From NCBI GenBank assembly GCA_964016885.1, contig OZ024753.1, positions 19,592,001-19,656,000 of the forward strand: DNA of 64,000 nt, in the 5' to 3' direction. Positions 1 through 14,343 of the stretch are shown one piece after another; position 1 is the stretch's first letter; every line of letters starts with the position of its first letter. This DNA is from Eledone cirrhosa (lineage: Eukaryota). Both the position numbers and the translations under genes were made by a program. Under the pieces are notes generated by a model. The model worked only from the letters and a program-made list of their open reading frames with translations, did no database searches and was not told where the DNA came from.

Positions 1-202
1 CGTGGTATAATCAGCTATACTAGCCATCCCATACTCCCGGTGCTAGAAATAACAGCCGTTTATATGGGATTAAAAATTATTCTACGGTTAAGGAGCAATA
101 ATATTATATTATATTTAGAGTTTAAACTTAAAGTCATTTACAATTAATCAGCTCAAAGAAAGAAGCATTTCCGAGCAGTGAAATACAAGTTAATATATAT
201 TA

Positions 203-382
203 ATTGTTTCTACTTTAGGCACAAGGCCAGCAATTACCCAGTGCATTACTGGTACTTTATTTTATCTACCCGTAAGGATGAAAGGCAAAGTCAACCTCGG
301 CGGGATTTGAACTCAGATCGTAAAGGGACGTAACTATGCTGGAAAGCATGGCGTCCGACCCTCTACCAATACTGCCAATCCA
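203..382 (-). mobile_element. tRNA-derived SINE family A
   Basis: A-box TGGCAGTATTGG, B-box GAGTTCAAATCC, body tttgcctttcatccttacgggt...aaagtaccagt. Confidence 0.85.
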
Positions 383-1698
383 CATATTAATATATGATAA
401 ACACATACGTGTTTGTATTGTAAGAGACACAATTAGCTAGAATGAAATAAACTAATTAAAATGAATACAATTTGTCTGTCTCGATATAAGTCAATAAAGA
501 CAAGCTTATATTGGCAAAAGCCGTGCTTCCTGGACAAATTTAAATTTCAAAATCCAAACCTGCTCCGTAGATGAATTTGAACTTCGAAACCTAATTTTTA
601 ATCCGATATAAACGGCTGTTATTTCTAGCACCGGGACTATGGGATGGCTCGTATAGCTGATTATACCACGTGTGAATCAGTCCTGCAAAATTTTTGGAGG
701 CGAAATGTACTAATTTTACTGGATTCCTGTTGATAAGCACAGAAGATTTGAATATTTCACTTTGTATATTTCAATTTTTTTATATTTCAATTTTTATACC
801 ATCGTTGCAAAACATATTTAGGTTTCGAAGTTCAAATTCATGTTTTCTTTCCCTCTATATTTCCTTCTTCCCCCCATCTCTTCCTAGTCCCTCCACCCCA
901 GAACTCCTTCCCTGTCTTATTTTCACCTTTTCGCCTACCTCGATGCAGCCCATCGGTCCTCTGTTGCCTCAGTACCCCCACCCTCCAAATTTTAAGATAG
1001 AATTGGCCGATTACGCTTTTTAATGCAGATGTGTTAGACCCCAGTAAATTGTTTTATTTCTGGTTGCTGCTCCATTTCTGTGGTTTCTAAGTTTCTTAGT
1101 GTTACTTTTGTATTAGTATTTTGTATTAGTATTTTGAATTAATATCTTGTATTAGTATTTTTGTAGTAGTATTTTAGTATTTTTGTTCTCAACTTATTAA
1201 CCTGTCATTGTAAGATAGCATTGGCTGATTACTAACTATTTATAACAGTGGTGTTAGACCCCTGTAGAGCCGGCTTCATAAAATTCTTTCACTACAATCT
1301 CGTATTTAGTATTTTTCTCCACCTATTAATCTTTTCTATAGCTTAGCAATACCAATGAGAGATTTGTTGATTGTGGAAATGGAGTAGTAACCAGAAATTG
1401 TTCTTTTAATATATTTATTTCCTTATTTTTATAATGTTTTTTTTTACTCCCTTTCGATTTACCTATCCTTTCAACTCCCCCCTCCCCTTCTCCGGTACAC
1501 TTTTTTCGACTTTCTATTCATTATCCTTAGAATCTGGTGTATAGATTTCACTTTCAACGCTTGATTGAGTTTCCCCCACTCCCTCTTTCTTCAACCGGCA
1601 AGTTGAGCCACCCCTACCTCCAACCAAATGCAACACATTTTTACAAGACATTTTTGACCAGTCCTTTTGAGAATTACTATCTTCCCATATAAGGAATT

Positions 1699-1794
1699 AC
1701 CCCCTGAGAAGTTCGGCTATTTATTTAACAGGCTAAATATTCTTATTTAGTCCAGAATTAGCCGTCGAAACGGCTTGAGCTCTGCCGTCGGGGT
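1699..1794 (+). ncRNA. Hammerhead-like motif with a full stem III (core CTGAGAA)
   Basis: acccc CTGAGAA gttcggcta...tagccgtc GAAA cggc-ttgagctct-gccg TC ggggt. Confidence 0.65.
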
Positions 1795-1804
1795 CATACG
1801 TGTT

Positions 1805-1869
<65 letters not shown>

Positions 1870-2030
1870 GTATATATATATCCTCTTTGACGCTACATTT
1901 CTCTAGATGCTAATTAGTTACATAACAATTCACAAATATATATATATATACACTATTTCTATGGCACAATGCCCCCAATTGAATTCCATCCTAATTCCAC
2001 AAATCTTTCACATTCTCTTTCTGAATTTAT

Positions 2031-2105
<75 letters not shown>

Positions 2106-2267
2106 ATCAAATGATGGTTAAATGAGTTCCATGTATTTTATTATGCGCATAATATATATATATATATATTTATAATATATATATAAATAAATAAAAACAA
2201 AATATATATATATATAAATATAATATATATAAATAATATATATATATATGTATATATATAATATATA

Positions 2268-2304
<37 letters not shown>

Positions 2305-2336
2305 ATATATATAAATAAAAAAATATATATATAATA

Positions 2337-3483
2337 CTAGCATTAAAGCCTGGCGTTGCTCGGGGTTACCAAAGTTACCAAAGTTAGGTTGCACCACCCA
2401 TTTTATGGCAGCACTTTTTGTCTGCCCGGCACTGGGTGAAGGAATTGCAGACCTGCACTGGACTGCCGAAGCAGGAGCTGCGCCAGCACTGACAATTGTA
2501 GTTTCGCCTATGGATATTATCTGTCTGCAAAGAAGTGTGAAATTTATTGTTTCACAGTACTTGCGCAACACGCGCGTAGACGATGCCAGCCGAACAACAG
2601 AGCTGCGATGGAATTGTTCTGCATGGTTGTCTAATGTGTGTTTTCTAAATTTAAGACAGTAGGGAGGGGTGTGATATGGGGGAGAGTTAGTTGCTGTTTC
2701 TATCAGGTTTAGTGACCACATAGAGGATATTATTGTGTATAGTAAATGAACTGATAATTCTTTCTTCCTCGTTCGTTGATAGATGTTTTAAAAAAGATTT
2801 ATCGCTATTTTGTTTGTTGTTGAATAAATTTATCTGTTGCTTTTGAATATGGGCGAGAGTTAGCTGCTATTTCTAGCAGGTTTAGTAACCTCATAGAGGA
2901 TATGTTTTCTAAATTTATGACAATAGGGAGTGGTGTGATATGGGGGAGAGTTAGCTGCTGTTTCTAGCAGGTTTAGTGACCTCATAGAGGATATTATTGA
3001 GTATAGTAAATGAACTGATACTTCTTTCTTCCACGTTCGTTGATAGATGTTTTAAAAAAGATTTATCGCTATTTTTTTTGTTGTTGAATAAATTTATCTG
3101 CTGCTTTTGAATAATTGCTGTTTCGTATGAAATGTAATAAGTTCTCTATGTCATTGAAGTAAATAAATATTTGACCGTTTGATACTCAAAAACAAACGTT
3201 CTCTCTCTCCCCCTCCCTCGACTCTCTCTCTCTCTCTCTCTTAAAGTTTAAGGGGAGTAGAGAGAGGTATTCAGATTCTATTAGAGGTGTAAAGTTTTAT
3301 GAATTTAGTTTTATCGATTATTTGCGTAATTATCGGAGAGTGTGAATGAAATAAAGAATCGTTGATCTAAGTCAGAGCATTTTCAACATTCCTACAGAAA
3401 TTGAGTTCAATCGGTTTGAAATTGTGCAAATGTATAAACATGGAACATGCACACACACACAACAACAATCTGCCTTTTATAGA
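2337..3483 (-). mobile_element. Non-autonomous Helitron-like element
   Basis: On - strand A|TCTATAAAAGGCAG ... cccgagcaacgccagg hairpin + CTAG|T; internal ~210-bp duplication (2638-2848 vs 2902-3112). Confidence 0.7.
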
Positions 3484-3629
3484 TAATGAAATATAAATAC
3501 AGTATATATATATATATATAATATATATAAATAAAATATATTATTCTTATCGAGCCCTCTTTCGATTTTAGTCTTCAAATTTTATCATTATGACCATATA
3601 TATTATATATATATATATTTTATTTATAC

Positions 3630-3720
<91 letters not shown>

Positions 3721-3897
3721 TAAATAATATATTTATATATACATATATAATATATATAGTAATAAAAATAAATTTAAAGACTAAAATACGAAGAGGGCTC
3801 GAAATAGATAAATATATATCAGATATATATTTCAGAAGATCCCGTTAAGGGTGAAAGCACCGATTCTTTACTTAAACTTTAATCTGTTATTTTAATA

Positions 3898-3918
3898 AAT
3901 ATATATATATATATATAA

Positions 3919-3963
<45 letters not shown>

Positions 3964-4383
3964 TATATAATATGTATATATATATTATATATAAATATAT
4001 ATATATAATATATATATAATATATATATATAATATATATATATAAAATATATATATATATAATATATATATATAATATATATATATATATAATATAAATA
4101 ATATATATATATAATATATATATAATTTATACATATATAATATATATATGTATACATATAATTTATATATATAATATATATATAATATATATATATATAT
4201 ATTATATATATATATTATATCTGAACATTAATCAGTGTATACTGATTAATGTTCGGAGCCATCCTCAGCATTCTCGTGTAGCACCAATCCACCATCTGAT
4301 ATATATTAATATAATATATATAATATAATATATATATATAATATATATAATTATAACATATATGGATATATATAATATATATA

Positions 4384-4437
<54 letters not shown>

Positions 4438-4787
4438 TATATAATATATATATATATAATATAAATAATATATATATATAGTATATATATAATTTATACA
4501 TATATAATATATATATGTATACATATAATTTATATATATAATATATATATAATATATATATATAATATATATAAATATAATATATATATATAAATATAAT
4601 ATATATATATAAATATTATATATATATATAAATATAGTATATATATATAAATATAATATATATATATAAATATAGTATATATATATAAATATAATATATA
4701 TATATAAATATAATATATATATATATATAAATAGAGTATATATATATAAATATAATATATATATATAAATATAATATATATTATATA

Positions 4788-4827
<40 letters not shown>

Positions 4828-5136
4828 TAAATATAATATATATAAATATAATATATAAATATATAATATATATAAATATAATATATATATATATATATAA
4901 TATATATAAATATAATATACATAAATATAATATATATATATATATATATAATATATATAAATATAATATATATAAATATATAATATATATAAATATAAAT
5001 ATAATATATATATATAATATATATAAATATAATATATATATATATTATATATAAATATAATATATATAATTATAATATATATAAATATAATATATATAAA
5101 TATAATTTATATAAATATAATATATATAAATATAAT

Positions 5137-5168
<32 letters not shown>

Positions 5169-5698
5169 ATATATATATATATATAATATATATATATATA
5201 ATACATATAAATATAATATATATATATATAATATCTATCTATCTATCTATCTAAGGCGGGTAAAATTCCCGAGATCCATGGACGAGTTCTCTCCAGCGGT
5301 CTCTGTCCCTCATTATCGCTGCCATATCCTGCATCTCCAACAAACCAGTGTCTGTCCTTAGGGCATCAACATATGTTAACCTTGGTCTTCCTCTTCTAGT
5401 GTGTCCATGTAGGGGCTCCCAAAGGAGCACTGAGTGCAATGTAAACTCTGGATGTCGGTGAGCATGTCCAGCTAACATCAATCACCTCTGTGTCACTTTT
5501 GAGCTGACTTTTAGGATGCTCCCATACAGCTCTGAGTTTTTCATCCTCAGTGTATACTGATTAATGTTCAGAGCCATCCTCAGCATTCTCGTGTAGCACC
5601 CATCCACCATCTGATATATATTAATATAATATATATAATATAATATATATATATAATATATATAATTATAACATATATAGATATATATAAGATATATA

Positions 5699-5784
<86 letters not shown>

Positions 5785-5925
5785 TATATATAATATATAT
5801 AAATATAATATATATATAAATATAATATATATATAATATATATAAATATAATATATATTTATAATATATATAATATATATATATGTAATTTATATAAATA
5901 ATATATATATATATATAATATTTAT
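3898..5925. repeat. Degenerate (TA)n/AT-rich tracts with embedded LINE fragments
   Basis: Direct reading. Similar tracts at 1807-2335, 11270-11530, 18894-19080, 31640-31935 and 38930-41680. Confidence 0.95.
5251..5612 (-). mobile_element. RTE-like LINE 3' fragment
   Basis: DGGWVLHENAEDG / YTRMLRMAL region, then AGHAHRHPE..LLWEP.HG..RRGRPRLTYVD..RDRW; (ATAG) tail. Confidence 0.75.
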
Positions 5926-6033
5926 ATGCAGTTCCTTAGAGAAATAACAACCCAACCAGGAACTGGGCATATCGGAATATTGACATATTTAAACACATCA
6001 ACATGTGTACCCGTCTCTACCACACCAATTCGG

Positions 6034-6088
6034 ACTGCCTGAAGACGTCACCGCCAAAGATGACTGTCACCGAAATATATTTACCAGT
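6034..6088 (+). ncRNA. Type-I hammerhead ribozyme (degenerate, same family as 24208)
   Basis: actgc CTGAAGA cgtca...tgac...c GAAA tatatt TA ccagt AATAAA. Downstream ttgacttgtt is shared with the 24208 copy. Confidence 0.65.
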
Positions 6089-6639
6089 AATAAACGAAGC
6101 CAAATTTTAAATATTTGACTTGTTAATTTTATTTTACATTACTCCGGAGTAACCAAACCCACCTGCGCACTTTGTCGAGTCCTCCAATCTGCATGCTGAG
6201 GTGTCCGTAAACAACCATCATATACTCAATATATAAATATATATATGTATATATCCAAAATGTAAATTAAATTAAGGGTGTCATATCAGAGAAACATGCG
6301 CCATATCAACTGTAAAGTATGCTCTAAGATTCCAATGAATAGATCCGAGCATTTTATATCAACTAGAAATTGATTGACATATATCTATATCTCAAATAAA
6401 CATATGAAACAATCACAGGGGATAATCTGTAAAAGTGTATAAGCACACACAGCTATGTGGGTAACTAATTAGAGTTTAACTAGAACTTTAAAAATAGATA
6501 CCTTATAAATTGATTAATCTTCCGTGTGTTTGTATTAAATGCAACACCTGCTAATAGTTAGTCACAGATTTGAATTTGATGTGTACACACAGATATTTAA
6601 GTCTTTTTCCTTGTTGAGTATTGGACCAGAAATACTTAT

Positions 6640-8389
6640 AGTAATCTCTTCGACATAACTATTGGCTCTAGTGATTCTGCCAAAATTACCGATATTGTGG
6701 GCCTTTTTCATCTATTTAACATTACTTCAACTTTTCCCAACCTTAAAAGTGGTTTAAATCGTGATTACTGTCTTCTTCTATCCACTAATCTTAGCCTATC
6801 AGAAATTGAAAGAAATAAAAAACTTATTAGAACTTTCCTCAAAGACTATTATAATCTCACTATTACATTTGAAAACACCAGTAAAATAGTCAATTTCCTA
6901 GATATAATTATGGACCTATCTACCAACCTTACCATAAACCTAACCACAACTTGCATTACATACACTCACAATCTAATCACCCTAGATATATCCTTAAAAA
7001 CGTAGTATATAATATCTCATTCAGAATCTCTCACATTTCATCAAATCATGATGTATTCGATAAAAACGCACCCTTTTATAATGAAGTTTTAGCTAGAAGT
7101 AGCCATAAGAACAAATTAGTCTATATACCTTGCACCAATAATATTTCAAACATACAACCTAATATTACCAACAAACACCAAATGAAAAATCTACACCTAA
7201 ATGCCACTCATACTACACCTAAAAACACCAACCCAAAACTTAATTTCTCTACCTCTTCTCACATAAAAGATAATGACTTTCAAAAAACCATTCACCCTAA
7301 TACTCTAACATATGTCAACAACATAACTAACAAAATTCCTAGTAATCAGACTAAAACATCAATTAATCTAACTAAACCTATATATAATAAAATCACTAAT
7401 AGTAACTCTTTCAGTAAACCTCCCGATACATGATATAAATATAAGAAACAATGTCGGAATCATAATAGACGGGTTACTTGGTATAATGCTCCATTTAATC
7501 TACAGATTAAAGACTATATCCCTAAATAATGATTTGCTATCCTAGAGAAAAATTTCCCACCAAACCATAAATACCATCACATTTTAAATAGATCTACTGT
7601 CAAATGTTTCTACTCCACTACCAAGAATATACAACAGAATATAAGTGCTTACAACTCATATAAGTGTAAAAAAAAACAACCATAAATATACCAGCAACAC
7701 ATCAAACCAACCATAATAATACTAAAATAAACCAAAACAATCCACCTTCTTCTTCTAATAGGTCCGGCAAACTCCACACCAGTCTTGACTAATAATCTCA
7801 AATACAAACAGAACTCTACTAGCTCCACATCCCCTAAACTATCGCCCGCCAGCAACCTGTATAACCATACTAATCTAATGAAAACCATACATTAAGGAAA
7901 ATAGTAACACTAATACCACTATAGCTAACACAATTAAATCTCCTGATACAATATTTACGAATGGCTGCGACTGTAGAATCAAAAGAAATTGCCCATTAAA
8001 GGGAAATTGTCTTATTAATAACATAGTCCATAAATGTGTAATTAGGACTAAGGACTCCACTCAATCCTATATAGGAGCTATGTCTAACCAATTTAAAGTA
8101 AGATTTAATACCCACAAACAGTTTTAAAAATGCCACATTAGCTAATACAACCTCCTTGGCAGAAGGAATTAATAATTATAGAAAGACGGATATTGATTAC
8201 AATATGACCTGGAGCGTGCTCAAAAGGGCCACTCCTTATCAAAATAGCAGATATGAGTGTAGGTTATGATCCAAAAAACTATTTGAAATCATGAAATCTA
8301 ATGATATCCTATTAAATAACCGACAAGAGTTATTTATATCAAGCAATCATAGAATTAGAAAAACCTTCAAATATTATAAACTTAATTAA
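6640..8389 (+). pseudogene. Decayed Naiad-type PLE (RT C-terminal half + GIY-YIG)
   Basis: Fragments IGSSDSAKITDIVGLF, VNFLDI, SNHP, WYNAPF, CDCRIKRNCPLKGNC, SYIG and CRL* are collinear with the 14.3-kb element but broken by stops and frameshifts. Confidence 0.85.
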
Positions 8390-8559
8390 TATATACCTCA
8401 CTCTTATATTTTACAATTCATTATGATTAATTTGTAAACATTTTTTTTTATTTTAGTTAACCTATAATTAGATATTTACTACAAAGAATTTCATAATTGT
8501 ATTTCGCTCTTGCAGCTCATTTAACTAAAGTTATCTTTAACCTCACTACTTCTTTTAAC

Positions 8560-9150
8560 AGGTGAGGTTTATTTACATAATGAAAAAAATCGAAGATTCC
8601 TACACGAGTGAAAGTATAAGGAAAAAAAATGAAATTGAAAATGCAACTGGAGTCTTTTTTTTATAAAAATATATATTTATTTGGTTCTTTACCGGTTTCG
8701 CAGTCCTTTTGCTTTTCAAAAATAGAATTGAGATGGAGGTTTTGTGGTTTTACTCGCATCTGGTTGGGGTTCGAATGTTACTTCTTTTTTATATGGAAAA
8801 AAGTGGCTGGAAATGCTAGATTTTTAGAAATGTATTTTGGTTGGTTAATGAATGTCATGTGAATAAGTATATTAAATTTCGCGCCAGTTCGCGTTACAAG
8901 TTCTTATTATATTTGCCTTCAAAAAAAGGGGGGCTCAGATTGTTTTTTCATATATGAGTGAAATTTGGTTGGTTGATGCAGTCACGTGAATAAGCACATC
9001 AGCTTTCGCGCCAGTTTATGTTTGATTTTGTTTTTACTTAAAAAATGTGGCTCACGAAGGCTTTCTTTATAAATGTAATTTGATTGGTTATAAATGAAAT
9101 TGGTTATAAATGAAATTATGACTGTCACGTACATTAAATTTCACGCCCGT
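8560..9150 (-). mobile_element. pLTR-like cassette with a U3-A8 hammerhead variant (8686-8724)
   Basis: Reverse complement aligns with 62950-63282. Motif TTGAAAA gca..tgc GAAA ccgg TA. Confidence 0.6.
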
Positions 9151-9363
9151 ATTTGGGAATTTTTTTTGTAGTCATATAGAGAATGTTGTGCCAAACAAAA
9201 GATAATGTTCAAGAAAAACGGGATGGAGTGAATTGTCTGGTTCACTGAGTATGGTTGATGTCCTGCGGTGTCAAAATTCTGACTTTCTATTGAAATAAAG
9301 AGATATACATATCTCTAATTTCTTTATTTCAATAGAAAGTCTTTTTTTCTTATATATATATAT

Positions 9364-9755
9364 AATTGTTTCTACGTTTTGGCACACTGCCAGCAATTAC
9401 CCAGTGCATTACTGGTACTTTATTTTATCGACCCCGTAAGGATGAAAGGCAAAGTTAACCTCGGCGGGATTTGAACTCAGAATGGCAAGGGCCGTAACTC
9501 TATGCGTCAAAGCATGGCGTCCGACCCTCTAGCGATACTGCCAATCCATCGCCATTATATATATATATATAGGGCGGTGGATTGGCAGTATCGGTAGAGG
9601 GTCGGACGCCATGCTTTCCAGCATAGTTACGTCCCTTTACGATCTGAGTTCAAATCCCGCCGAGGTTGAATTTGCCTTTCATCATTACGGGGTTGATAAC
9701 ATAAAGTACCAGTAATGCACTGGGTAATTGCTGGCCTTGTGGCTAAAGTAGAAAC

Positions 9756-9806
<51 letters not shown>

Positions 9807-9997
9807 GGGCGGTGGATTGGCAGTATCGGTAGAAGGTCGGACGCCATGCTTTGCAGCAAAGAGTTACGGCCTTTTATGGTCTGAGTTAAAATTCCGCCGA
9901 GGTTAACTTTGCCTTTCATCCTTACGAGGTCGATAAAATAAAGTACCAGTAATGCATTGGGATAATTGTCGACCTTGTGCCAAAAGTAGAAATAATT
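9364..9997. mobile_element. Three SINE-A copies: 9364-9554 (-), 9571-9759 (+), 9806-9997 (+), separated by (TA)n
   Basis: Same ~190-bp consensus with A and B boxes. Confidence 0.9.
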
Positions 9998-10522
9998 ATA
10001 TATATATATATATAAAACGAGGAAAATGCGAAGTATGTATATATATATATATACCAAGAAAGATTGAAGGAGAGAGAGTGAGAGAGAGAGAGATGTACGT
10101 GTAGGAATGTCTTTGTGATTGCGTGCGATGACCTCATGTTTTAGAGATTACAGACGATACAAAAGACATGGTCATTGTGAACATAAATGCCATGCAATAT
10201 AGAGTGCAGCGAAATTACCATAACTACTATTGTGTCTATTGTAGAGCGATTAATGTACAACTGTTTTGACTGAGACATGACATTGTCAGACATTATAGTA
10301 AATATGGCTTACTTTGTTAGATATATACCGTCAATTTACATCTATTTCATAGAATATCACCTTTATTTCAATAGAAGGTCGTTTCACTTTCATCAGTTGA
10401 TTAACATATAGTTATGTTCATGAAATATGTTACAGGCCAAAAGAGAGAATAAATAAATTTATTCCACCCTGCAATACCAGCTTCACATCACAATAGCGGA
10501 TATAATTTACTGATATTAACTT

Positions 10523-10629
10523 AAATCCTGTCGAGGTTAACTTTGCCTTTCATCCTTACGGGCTCGATAAAATAAAGTACCAGTAATGCACTGGAAATTT
10601 CTGGCCTTGTGCCAAAAGTAAAAACAATT
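10523..10629 (+). mobile_element. SINE-A 3' fragment
   Basis: gaggttaactttgcctttcatcc...gtaaaaacaatt. Confidence 0.8.
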
Positions 10630-10912
10630 AACTACAACTAAAGAAAAGCAAACCCACACCTTGAGAGTACACAACACACTAACACACACACACAAGTATA
10701 TATATATATATATATGTGTGGGTGTGTGTGTGTGTATATTCGCGAGTTGTGTCTATATATATATGATAACACCCAGATCACCTTGACCGACCTGTCTGTC
10801 AGGCGTCCATTCGGCACCGCTGGCCACAGCACGTCGCGTTGTTTTAGCGTATATATATATATATATATACATATATATACATATATATACATATATATGT
10901 GTGCATATATAT

Positions 10913-10974
<62 letters not shown>

Positions 10975-11014
10975 TATTAACAAATGGAAACTATATTTAT
11001 AAAACCATATTTAT

Positions 11015-11074
11015 TTCATTATACATATTTCAAGGGCCACCAATGCAAATTATGGTGGGCTTTCATCAGATAAA
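11015..11074 (-). ncRNA. Type-I hammerhead ribozyme
   Basis: tttat CTGATGA aagcccacca...tggtggccctt GAAA tatgta TA atgaa. Confidence 0.75.
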
Positions 11075-11265
11075 ATATAATATAGGTTAGCTTTATAAAT
11101 AAATATTGACATACCCTGAAAAAATCACACCATTCTGGCTGCAATCTCCGGGAGATTTGTTAATATATTGCATATTTACTCAAATAATCTTTTGAGTGCT
11201 TTATATCAGTTCCAAAATTAATTTGCTTGTTGTATCCCAACAAATTAAATATAAACTCTACACAC

Positions 11266-11361
<96 letters not shown>

Positions 11362-11362
11362 G

Positions 11363-11399
<37 letters not shown>

Positions 11400-11412
11400 G
11401 TAAATATATATG

Positions 11413-11456
<44 letters not shown>

Positions 11457-11465
11457 TATAATTAA

Positions 11466-11527
<62 letters not shown>

Positions 11528-11661
11528 TTATTAAAATAACAGATTAAAGTTAAACCAAAGAATCGGTGTTTTCACCCTTTGCTCTACGGTTCTTATATAC
11601 TTGATATATACTTATCCTTATCGAGCCCTCTTTGGATTTTAGTCTTGAAATTTATTATTAT

Positions 11662-11720
<59 letters not shown>

Positions 11721-11908
11721 AACCAGTAAGACCCCGACAGCTGAGCTCAAGCCGTTTCGACGGCTAATTCTGGTCCAGAATTAGCCGTCGAAACGGCTTG
11801 AGCTCAGCTGTCGGGGTCTTACTGGTTCCTATTACCCACTCTACTACCTCAAGTATTGAGTACTTTGGTGCGTTATGGTCCACCTGGTTCCTTACCACAT
11901 TTCCTTCG

Positions 11909-11941
<33 letters not shown>

Positions 11942-12117
11942 GAGGTGATATTTAATTTGTTGGGATACAACAAGAAAATTAATTTTGTAACTGATATAAA
12001 GCAATCAAAAAATTATTGGAGTAGAATAATATATACAATATATTAACAAATCTCCCGGAGGTTGCAACCAGAATGGTGTGATATATATATATGTATGTAT
12101 GTATATATATATATATA

Positions 12118-13290
<1,173 letters not shown>

Positions 13291-13291
13291 T

Positions 13292-13342
<51 letters not shown>

Positions 13343-13442
13343 CTACTCAACCACACGCCTTCACTATATATGTCTATGTCAATATATATATATATATATA
13401 TATAGACATAGACATATATAGTGAAGGCGTGTGGCTGAGTAG

Positions 13443-13490
<48 letters not shown>

Positions 13491-14047
13491 CAGGAAAGAA
13501 GGTTTACATGGTTTGCTATACAAAAAAGTTTTTAATCACATAGCTTACATTTGTTTCACTGAACTGGTATGTCTAGAGATCGCTATTCGCTTAATTTTGC
13601 GTTACTCGATCGCCAATACAGAATTATAACCAGTCAGATCTTCGGAGCATGCGAGAGTGAAGAAAATACACAGGCAAGAAAAGAAAAGAAAATACAGGCT
13701 ACTATATGAAGTAGTAATGGCATTCAATTAGAACAATAACAACAATTACAACAATGCTATCAATAAATTATTTAAGGAGACCCTGACATTACTTAGGTGG
13801 GGGGTATATAATGTATCTAATGTTACGGCGTGTAAAACTAGCTGTCATAAGGCACAATGAAGCGTTGGCATGTACAAAGTATCGTAGTGTATATCAATTT
13901 TAAATTATAAAGATAAGCTAGTTTTTACAGTCTTTCTCTTCATCTTCAACAGTATACATGAGTGGGACCACTGTCAAAGCTAAATAGTTGTTGAGTTAAT
14001 ACAGAGGTTAACGAATTAATATACGTATATATTTACGCACACACACA

Positions 14048-14110
<63 letters not shown>

Positions 14111-14343
14111 ACACACATATATATATATATATACACATATATACACATGCATGTGTACATAGACACATACATACACATCAATATACACTCGTACAAAAAT
14201 ATACATACATGCAAAGAGATAAGCGTGCTAATTGTAATTATGACAAAAAGAAGGTAAAGTAACATTGTAGTAGTGAAAGGAGAAAAACTAGGATTTAGGA
14301 TCAAATGATGGCAGCAGCTGAGAAGGAGTAAGATTGTTGGTAG

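Noticed and set aside
9281-9341. Short hairpin gactttctattgaaataaag...ctttatttcaatagaaagtc as a miRNA precursor
   Set aside because: A related arm recurs at ~10361, so it looks like a repeat-end fold-back; no other support.
9571-9665. tRNA genes
   Set aside because: A/B boxes belong to multicopy SINE heads continuing into a shared body, and there is no complete cloverleaf.
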